This document shows positions 49,101 to 58,594 of a stretch of 64,000 bases of DNA, in pieces (the first letter of the stretch is position 1; each line of letters begins with the position of its first letter). Origin of the DNA: Chrysemys picta bellii (Eukaryota); the NCBI RefSeq assembly GCF_011386835.1, contig NC_088806.1:310001-374000 (forward strand). Reading direction: 5' to 3'. Position numbers and translations under genes: made by a program. Under the pieces are notes generated by a model. It ran no database searches, had not been told where the DNA came from, and was given only the letters and a program-made list of their open reading frames with translations.

Positions 49101-50185
49101 GGTCCAACGGCCGCCTGCCCCAGGGGTTCATGGGAGTCTAGCTATGGGAAGGCACCTGCCCCAGGGGCTCATGGGAGTCTAGCTAAGGGCACGGGGGGGG
49201 GGGGTGGAGGGGGTGCTGCCCCAGGGGCTCATGGGAGTCTAGCTAAGGGCATGAGGGGGGGGATGCGCGCGCTGCCCCGGGGGCTCATGGGAGTCTAGCT
49301 AAGGGGGGGCGTGCACCTGCCCCAGGGCTCATGGGAGCCTAGCTAAGGGCACGGGGGGGGGAGGGGACGCTGCCCCAGGGGCTCATGGGAGTCTAGCTAA
49401 GGGCATGGAGGTGGCAAGTGCTGCCTCAGGGGCTCATGGGAGTCTAGCTAAGGGCAGGGAGGGGACGCTGCCCCAGGGGCTCATGGCAGTCTAGCTAAGG
49501 GCATGGGGGGGGGCAGGGGGCGCTGCCCCAGGGGCTCATGGGAGTCTAGCTAAGGGGGGGGGCGTGCACCTGCCCCAGGGGCTCATGGGAGTCTAGCTAA
49601 GGGCACGGGGGGGGGGGGAGAGAGGGGACACTGCCCCAGGGGCTCATGGGAGTCTAGCTAAGGGCACGGGGGGGCAGGGGGCGCTGCCCCAGGGGCTCAT
49701 GGGAGTCTAGCTAAGGAGGGGGGCATGCACCTGCCCCAGGGGCTCATGGGAGTCTAGCTAAGGGCATGGAGGTGGCAAGTGCTGCCTCAGGGGCTCATGG
49801 GAGTCTAGCTAAGGGCAGGGAGGGGACGCTGCCCCAGGGGCTCATGGCAGTCTAGCTAAGGGCATGGGGGGGGGCAGGGGGCGCTGCCCCAGGGGCTCAT
49901 GGGAGTCTAGCTAAGGGGGGGGGGGGGCGTGCACCTGCCCCAGGGGCTCATGGGAGTCTAGCTAAGGGCACGGGGGGGGGGGAGAGAGGGGACACTGCCC
50001 CAGGGGCTCATGGGAGTCTAGCTAAGGGCACGGGGGGGCAGGGGGCGCTGCCCCAGGGGCTCATGGGAGTCTAGCTAAGGAGGGGGGCATGCACCTGCCC
50101 CAGGGGCTCATGGGAGTCTAGCTAAGGGCATGAGGGGGGGTGTGCGCACGCTGCCCCGGGGGCTCATGGGAGTCTAGTTAAGGGC
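49100..50185. repeat. Constant-core / variable-linker minisatellite
   Basis: About 20 copies of gctgccccaggggctcatgggagtctagctaaggg separated by variable G-rich linkers. Confidence 0.95.
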
Positions 50186-50821
50186 ATGGGAGGGCAGGTG
50201 CTGCCCCAGAGGCCCATACCTCAGCAGCTGATGGGAGCCTGGCTACTGTGTGACGGTGGCCAGCTGAGCTCCTCTCCCCCCCCTCTCTTGGGGGGCCTCC
50301 CAGCCACTTGGGGGTGGCAGAATGTAAAGGTCCTCTTCACTGCTGTCCCATGGGTGGGGGGAGCTGGCCCCACAGCCCTCTTCGCCCCCCAGCACTACAG
50401 ACCCTTCTATAAACTAACCACCTCCCCCTTTCTCTCCTCCCCAGGACTGAAGGGCAGGTACCCTGGGGGAGCCTCAGGGCTGATAAAAGTGTCCCCATCC
50501 CCGCACACAGAGACTGAGGGAGGATGCCCACAGCTGGGTCTGGCTGCCCTCCCCTTCAGGCCACAGCAGGGCAGCCATACCTGCCCCCCACTGCCCTGAG
50601 TCAGAGGGGTGGGGCAGGAGGACACCTGAGCTGCTGCCCAAGCAAGGGTCTGGCTCAGGCCATGGGAAGTCCAGCTCCAAGGGCTCTGCCCTAGAGGATC
50701 CTGGGAGTCTGGCTCAGGCGTAGCCGCTGGAGGGGGCTGACGGGAGCTGCCCCGCACACAAGGACAACTCTACTCGCCAGCCGTGTTCCAGGCCTTTATT
50801 AACCCCACTGTCTCCCCCCAG

Positions 50822-52010
50822 CTAGGGGTACGTGTCTCGCCGCTGCAGCCAGGGCAGCCGCGCCCGCAGCAGCACGAGGCAGCCCAGGATGCCGAGAGCA
50901 GCCAGCAACGCGACCCCCAGCCCTACGTACACCAGCGTGGTGACCCAGAAGGCGAAGAGGTAGAGGAGGCGGTGGCAGAAACGCGGATTGTGGGGGTCCT
51001 TGTACTCTGGGGGTAGATGGAGTAGACCCAGATGTTACCTGGGGGGGAAAGACTGGAGGTCAGAGGTCAAGGCTGGCTGGGGAGTGGACCCCAAACTAGG
51101 GTGACCAGATGTCTCGATTTTATAGGGACAGTCCCCATTTTGGGGTCTTTTTCTTATATAGGCTCCTATTACCCCCACCCCGTCATGATTTTTCACATTT
51201 GCTGTCTGGTCACCCTACCCCAAACCCAGCCAAGGGGAGCTGATGCCAGGTCAGAAAGGGGCAAACCCAGCAGGGGGGAGAGGACCCACCCAAATGGGGC
51301 ACAGACTCTGGGGACCCTCCCCAGCTAACCCCCCCCCCAGCCTGCCCCAAGGCAGGGAGTGGGGAGCCAGTGCCCTAGAGTTTAAAGCCAGGTCCTCGGG
51401 GAAGGGAGGCAGTGGGAGCCAGGCGGGGCTCAGGAGATAATGGAGAGGTACAGGGGGTAGCGGGGTGATCGGGGCCTTGGGGGCGCTCACCAGCGATGAA
51501 CCACACGAAGAGGAAGAGCAGGAAAACCGCCCTCCAGCCACGGGCGCCAGGGCTCAGCTGAGGGGGGTCCGTCCCATCCCCGCAGGGCAGGCAGGTCAGC
51601 AGTAGGAACAGCAGGACGGTGCTGCCCCCCACCAGCAGGTAATAGGGCAGCAGGGACTGGCGGGGGCACTGGCCCAGGTACACGGCTCCTGGCATAGGGA
51701 GAGGGGGGTGGGGGGTCAGTGCCCAGGGCAGCCCCGGCCCATGGGGGCACCCACACGGGGTGGGGTCAGCGCCGGGAGGAGCAGGGCAGACACTCACCGA
51801 TGACAATGCTGGCAATGGGCAGCGCCGAGACCACCACCTTCCCCAGGACTGGAAGAGAGAGACCCGGGGTTAGGGGCAGGCTGGGGGGGAAGGGCAGGGG
51901 TCAGAGAGCCCCCCGGGGGCCCAGCACTTACAGCTCAGGGCAGGGTGCACAGGGGACTCCACAATGCCTGGCAGCAGGGGGGCCCTGCTGCCATCTGGGT
52001 CCTCAGCCAT
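50822..52010 (-). CDS. TMEM272-like multi-pass membrane protein, 4 coding exons, with a 1-nt frameshift in a G5 run at 51009-51013
   Basis: Exons 51932-52010 (MAEDPDGSRAPLL…), 51798-51848 (LGKVVVSALPIASIVIG), 51491-51688 (AVYLGQCPRQSLLPYYLLVGG…LFLFVWFIAG) and 50822-51038 (NIWVYSIYP[P]EYKDPHNPRFCHRLLYLFAFW). The CP…P.YL and WF..GN.WV…C…LY.FA pattern matches the TMEM272 family. AATAAA at 50795-50800. Confidence 0.8.
51097..51217. mobile_element. 121-bp hAT-Blackjack-type MITE
   Basis: TIR tagggtgaccaga / tctggtcacccta with perfect 8-bp TSD ccccaaac. Confidence 0.95.
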
Positions 52011-52059
52011 GTCACGGGGTCTGGGCAGCAGGAGCTGGGGACATAGAGTGGGTTAGCGC

Positions 52060-55000
52060 TGGAGTGCCCCTCACTCCCGACCCACAGCCCCTGGTACCCC
52101 AGCCCTGAGCTCCCCCCTCGCCCAGCGCCCCTCACTCCCAACCCACAGCCCCTGGTACCCCAGCCCTGAGCTCCGCCCCCTCCCAACACCCCTCACTTCC
52201 GACCCACAGCCCCTGGTACCCCAGTCCTGAGCTCTGCCCCCTCCCAACACCCCTCACTTCCGACCCACAGCCCCTGGTACCCCAGCCCTGAGCTCCCCCC
52301 TCGCCCAGCGCCCCTCACTCCCGACCCACAGCCCCTGGTACCCCAGCCCTGAGCTCCCCCCTCGCCCAGCGCCCCTCACTCCCGACCCACAGCCCCTGGT
52401 ACCCCAGCCCTGGGCTCCGCCCCCTCCCAACACCCCTCACTTCCGACCCACAGCCCCTGGTACCCCAGCCCTGAGCTCCCCCCTCGCCCAGCGCCCCTCA
52501 CTCCCGACCCACAGCCCCTGGTACCCCAGCCCTGAGCTCCGCCCCCTCCCAACACCCCTCACTTCCGACCCACAGCCCCTGGTACCCCAGTCCTGAGCTC
52601 TGCCCCCTCCCAGCACCCCTCACTTCCAACCTACAGCCCCTGGTACCCCCGCCTGAGCTCCGCCCCCTCCCAGCACCCCTCACTTCCGACCCACAGCCCC
52701 TGGTACTCCGGCCCTGAGCTCTGCCCCCTCCCAGTGCCCCTCACTCCCGACCCACAGCCCCTGGTACCCCAGCCCTGAGCTCCGCCCCCTCCCAGCGTCC
52801 CTCACTTCCGACCCACAGCCCCTGGTACCCCAGCCCTGGGCTTCCCCCCCTCCCAGCGCCCCTCACTTCCGACCCACAGCCCCTGGTACCCCAGCCCTGG
52901 GCTTCCCCCCCTCCCAGCGCCCCTCACTTCCGACCCACAGCCCCTGGTACTCCAGCCCTGGGCTCCGCCCCCTCCCAGCGCCCCTCACTCCCGACCCACA
53001 GCCCCTGGTACCCCAGCCCTGAGCTCCGCCCCCTCCCAGCGTCCCTCACTTCCGACCCACAGCCCCTGGTACCCCAGCCCTGGGCTCCCCCCCTCCCAGC
53101 GCCCCTCACTTCCGACCCACAGCCCCTGGTACCCCAGCCCTGGGCTTCCCCCCCTCCCAGCGCCCCTCACTTCCGACCCACAGCCCCTGGTACTCCAGCC
53201 CTGGGCTCCGCCCCCTCCCAGCGCCCCTCACTCCCGACCCACAGCCCCTGGTACCCCAGCCCTGAGCTCCGCCCCCTCCCAGCGCCCCTCACTCCCGACC
53301 CACAGCCCCTGGTACCCCAGCCCTGAGCTCCGCCCCCTCCCAGCGCCCCTCACTTCCGACCCACAGCCCCTGGTACCCCAGCCCTGGGCTCCCCCCCTCC
53401 CAGCGCCCCTCACTCCCGACCCACAGCCCCTGGTACCCCAGCCCTGGGCATCCCCCCTCCCAGCGCCCCTCACTCCCGACCCACAGCCCCTGGTACCCCA
53501 GCCCTGAGCTCCGCCCCCTCCCAGCACCCCTCACTCCCGACCCACAGCCCCTGGTACCCCCGCCCTGAGCTCCGCCCCCTCCCAACACCCCTCACTTCCG
53601 ACCCACAGCCCCTGGTACCCCAGCCCTGAGCTCCCCCCTCGCCCAGCGCCCCTCACTCCCGACCCACAGCCCCTGGTACCCCAGCCCTGAGCTCCCCCCT
53701 CGCCCAGCGCCCCTCACTCCCGACCCACAGCCCCTGGTACCCCAGCCCTGGGCTCCGCCCCCTCCCAACACCCCTCACTTCCGACCCACAGCCCCTGGTA
53801 CCCCAGCCCTGAGCTCCCCCCTCGCCCAGCGCCCCTCACTCCCGACCCACAGCCCCTGGTACCCCAGCCCTGAGCTCCGCCCCCTCCCAACACCCCTCAC
53901 TTCCGACCCACAGCCCCTGGTACCCCAGTCCTGAGCTCTGCCCCCTCCCAGCACCCCTCACTTCCAACCTACAGCCCCTGGTACCCCCGCCTGAGCTCCG
54001 CCCCCTCCCAGCACCCCTCACTTCCGACCCACAGCCCCTGGTACTCCGGCCCTGAGCTCTGCCCCCTCCCAGTGCCCCTCACTCCCGACCCACAGCCCCT
54101 GGTACCCCGGCCCTGAGCTCCGCCCCCTCCCAGCGTCCCTCACTTCCGACCCACAGCCCCTGGTACCCCAGCCCTGGGCTCCCCCCCTCCCAGCGCCCCT
54201 CACTTCCGACCCACAGCCCCTGGTACCCCAGCCCTGGGCTTCCCCCCCTCCCAGCGCCCCTCACTTCCGACCCACAGCCCCTGGTACTCCAGCCCTGGGC
54301 TCCGCCCCCTCCCAGCGCCCCTCACTCCCGACCCACAGCCCCTGGTACCCCAGCCCTGAGCTCCGCCCCCTCCCAGCGCCCCTCACTCCCGACCCACAGC
54401 CCCTGGTACCCCAGCCCTGAGCTCCGCCCCCTCCCAGCGCCCCTCACTTCCGACCCACAGCCCCTGGTACCCCAGCCCTGAGCTCCGCCCCCTCCCAGCG
54501 CCCCTCACTCCCGACCCACAGCCCCTGGTACCCCAGCCCTGGGCATCCCCCCTCCCAGCGCCCCTCACTCCCGACCCACAGCCCCTGGTACCCCAGCCCT
54601 GAGCTCCGCCCCCTCCCAGCACCCCTCACTCCCGACCCACAGCCCCTGGTACCCCCGCCCTGAGCTCCGCCCCCTCCCAGCACCCCTCACTCCCGACCCA
54701 CAGCCCCTGGTACCCCAGCCCTGGGCTCCCCCCCTCCCAGCGTCCCTCACTTCCGACCCACAGCCCCTGGTACCCCAGCCCTGGGCTCCCCCCCTCCCAG
54801 CGCCCCTCACTCCCGACCCACAGCCCCTGGTACCCCAGCCCTGGGCTCCCCCCCTCCCAGCGCCCCTCACTTCCGACCCACAGCCCCTGGTACCCCAGCC
54901 CTGGGCTTCCCCCCCTCCCAGCGCCCCTCACTCCCGACCCACAGCCCCTGGTACCCCAGCCCTGAGCTCCGCCTCCTCCCAGCGCCCCTCACTCCCGACC

Positions 55001-55320
55001 CACAGCCCCTGGTACCCCAGCCCTGGGCATCCCCCCTCCCAGCACCCCTCACTTCCGACCCACAGCCCCTGGTACCCCAGCCCTGAGCTCCCCCTCTCCC
55101 AGCGCCCCTCACTCCCAACCCACAGCCCCTATTAGCCCAGCCCTGGGTTCCCCCACAGCTCTGCTGGTGCCCCTCACTCCTGCCCCACAGTCCCTGCCAG
55201 CCTGGCCTTACCCACCCCATCCCCAGCCTGCTGGTGCCCCTCATGCCCAACCCACAGCCCCTGCCAGCCTAACCCCCCTGCTCTGTCAGTGCCCCTCACT
55301 CCTGACCCATAGCCCCTACT
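52060..55320. repeat. 61-bp minisatellite array (family B derivative), about 3.2 kb
   Basis: cctcactcccgacccacagcccctggtaccccagccctgagctccgccccctcccagcgcc repeated. Confidence 0.97.
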
Positions 55321-55362
55321 AGCCCACCCAAGAACTAGGACTCTCTCCCTCACAATTCCTAC

Positions 55363-55460
55363 CTTCAGTCTGTCTTATAGCCCCTTTCCTTGGGGCTGAC
55401 CTTTTATAGCCCCCCACCCCACTTAAGGTAGGCAGAGCCCGTCTCCCACTCCTTATAAGG
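55363..55460 (-). promoter_or_regulatory. Candidate promoter and short non-coding first exon of the TMEM272-like gene
   Basis: Minus strand carries CArG CCTTATAAGG (55451-55460), TTAAGTG (55420-55426), TATAAAA (55402-55408) and donor AAG|GTAGG at 55363/55362. The matching acceptor is upstream of 52034. Confidence 0.5.
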
Positions 55461-56449
55461 ACATTTCCCAGAGGGGGGTGATTCTATGGGGGTGGGGTCC
55501 AGGTGTGCCCCACCCTAAGCCCAGCTGAAACCGTTCAGGGAGGGGCCTGGTTTCAAATTGGTTTTATTGGAGGGAAGCTAGACTGGTAGTCAGGATTCCT
55601 GGGTTCTTTTTCTGGCTCTGTAAGGGCATTGGGTTAGAACAAGGGAAACTAGGATTCCTGGGTTCTCTTCTTGGCTCTGGGAGGAGAATGGGGGCTGGTG
55701 GGTTAGAGCAGGGGGGGCTGGGAGCCAGGACTCCTGGGTTCTTTCCCTGGCTCTGGGAGGGGAGTGGGGGCTGGTGGGTTGGAGCAGGGGGCTGGTTGGT
55801 TGATGTCACAATCTAGGCTGTATCTTTGGAACTTCCTGCTGCTATTTTTCTGATGAGCTGGGTAGATAAAACGGCTTCTTGTAATAACAACAGCTAAAGT
55901 CATGGGGTTGGGGTGGGGCCTGTCCCCTCTGGGGGCCCCCCATCAGGGCAGGGACTGGCTGGCTCATGGGGGTGGGGAATAGGGCACAGGGCCTTTCCCC
56001 TCTCAGGGGGCACTGGCTCCCACCCGGCCTCAGGGCAGGGACTGGCTGGCTCATGGGGGAATGGGGTAGGGGCCTGTCCCCTCTCGAGGGGTGCTGGCTC
56101 CTTTCTGGCCCCAGGACGGAAGTCCCTCCGTGGTGCACATGTGGAACGAGTCTGTCCGAGTTCAGCCCAGCTCATCACTCCCCGCCCCCACCATCAGCCC
56201 CAGCAGAGTGGGCCCAGGAGTCCCCGTAGATTGAGCCCTCCTCCTGCTGGGGGGCTGGCCTGAGGACTGTTCACCTACCCTCAGGGGAGGGGGGACCTCT
56301 GGCGGCTGCGACTTCCCGGGGGTTCCAGGGAGAGAAACGGGCAGAGAACGTTTCCACTCGGTCCCTGCAGTGTGAGCCAGTCACCAAACCACAGCAGTGA
56401 ACAGCTGATCACAGCCTGACTTCCTGCCCCATGTCACAAGAGGGGCTGA

Positions 56450-58190
56450 GGGCACCAGCGGAGCTGGGGGGAGCCCAAGACTGGGCCAGCAGGGGGCTAT
56501 GGGTCAGGAGTGAGGGGCACTGGCAGAGCTGGGGGGTGGCAGGGTTGGGCTAGCAGGGGCTGTGGGTCAGGAGTGAGGGGCACTGGGAGGGGGTGGAGCC
56601 CAGGGCTGGTGTACCAGGGGCTGTGGGTTGGGAGTGAGGGGCACTGGCAGAGCTGGGGGCGGGGCAGGGATGGGCTAGCAGGGGCTGTGGGTCGGAAGTG
56701 AGGGGCGCTGGGGGGGGGGAGCTCAGGGCTGGGGTACCAGGGGCTGTGGGTCGGAAGTGAGGGGCGCTGGGAGGGGGGGAGCCCAGGGCTGGGGTACCAG
56801 GGGCTGTGGGTCGGAAGTGAGGGGCGCTGGAGGGGGGGAGCTCAGGGCTGAGGTACCAGGGGCTATGGGTCGGGAGTGAGGGGCACTGGGAGGGGGTGGA
56901 GCCCAGGGCTGGTGTACCAGGGGCTGGGGGTCGGGACTCGGGAGTGAGGGGCACTGGGAGGGGGTGGAGCCCAGGGCTGGTGTACCAGGGGCTGGGGTCG
57001 GGAGTGAGGGGCACTGGGAGGGGGTGGAGCCCAGGGCTGGTGTACCAGGGGCTGTGGGTTGGGAGTGAGGGGCGCTGGGAGGGGGGACACCCAGGGCTGG
57101 GGTACCAGGGGCTGTGGGTCGGAAGTGAGGGGCACTGGGAGGGGGTGGAGCCCAGGGCTGGTGTACCAGGGTCTGGGGGTCGGGACTCGGGAGTGAGGGG
57201 CACTGGGAGGGGGTGGAGCCCAGGGCTGGTGTACCAGGGGCTGGGGGTCGGGAGTGAGGGGCACTGGGAGGGGGTGGAGCCCAGAGCTGGGGTACCAGGG
57301 GCTGTGTGTTGGGAGTGAGGGACACTGGGAGGGGGTGGAGCCCAGGGCTGGGGTACCAGGGGCTGTGGGTCGGAAGTGAGGGGCACTGGGAGGGGGTGGA
57401 GCCCAGGGCTGGTGTACCAGGGGCTGGGGGTCGGGAGTGAGGGGGCACTGGGAGGGGGTGGAGCCCAGAGCTGGGGTACCAGGGGCTGTGGGTCGGAAGT
57501 GAGGGGCACTGGGAGGGGGTGGAGCCCAGGGCTGGTGTACCAGGGGCTGGGGGTCGGGAGTGAGGGGCACTGGGAGGGGGTGGAGCCCAGAGCTGGGGTA
57601 CCAGGGGCTGTGGGTTGGGAGTGAGGGACACTGGGAGGGGGTGGAGCCCAGGGCTGGGGTACCAGGGGCTGTGGGTTGGGAGTGAGGGGCGCTGGGAGGG
57701 GGTGGAGCCCAGGGCTGGTGTACCAGGGGCTGTGGGTTGGGAGTGAGGGGCGCTGGGAGGGGGTGGAGCCCAGGGCTGGTGTACCAGGGGCTGTGGGTTG
57801 GGAGTGAGGGGCGCTGGGAGGGGGTGGAGCCCAGGGCTGGTGTACCAGGGGCTGTGGGTTGGGAGTGAGGGGCGCTGGGAGGGGGTGGAGCCCAGGGCTG
57901 GTGTATCAGGGGCTGTGGGTTGGGAGTGAGGGGCGCTGGAGGGGGTGGAGCCCAGGGCTGGTGTACCAGGGGCTGTGGGTTGGGAGTGAGGGGCGCTGGG
58001 AGGGGGTGGAGCCCAGGGCTGGTGTATCAGGGGCTGCGGGTCGGGAGTGAGGGGCACACTGGCAGAGCTGGGGCGGGGCAGGAATGGGCTAGCAGGGGGC
58101 TGTGGGTCGGGAGTGAGGGGCACCGGCAGAGCTGGGGCAGAGCTGGAGTCCCAGGGGGCTGCAGGTCAGGAGTGAGGGGCACCACAGACT
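56450..58190. repeat. Same 61-bp minisatellite in the opposite orientation
   Basis: gggctggggtaccaggggctgtgggtcggaagtgaggggcgctgggaggggg is the reverse complement of the 52060 array unit. Confidence 0.95.
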
Positions 58191-58594
58191 GGGGGGGGGG
58201 AGGGGAGGCGTAGAACAGCAGGCGATGTCGTGGCTCGGATGCGTTTGGGGAACCCCCCTCCCCCAGTCTCCGGTTCCCTGTGACAATCGCAGACAATGAG
58301 ACAGGTGGAGGTTTGTCCAGAGCAGAGGCCGCAGTTTCCCGCTCCGCCCCCAGGGGTGCCGGCTCCCCACGGCCCCTCGGGTTTATTGGGGTGGCTGGTG
58401 ACACACAGGGGTAGAGGGGTGCTCGGCGTGTTGCAGGGGCGACACTGTCTGTAATCTCTGCGGCCCGTGGTTCCGGGTGGAGCTGGTCCCGGAGGCCTGG
58501 GTTTTGGGTTCCTGGTGGTGAGGGGCAGGGAGGAGTCCGGAGGGGGTGGGCAGTCCTGCCGCGGCTCCTCAGGACGCGCTGGCTGCTCTTCGGC

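Noticed and set aside
49100-50185. CRISPR array
   Set aside because: Vertebrate context, no cas genes, and the linkers are short, low-complexity and repeated in blocks. It is a minisatellite.
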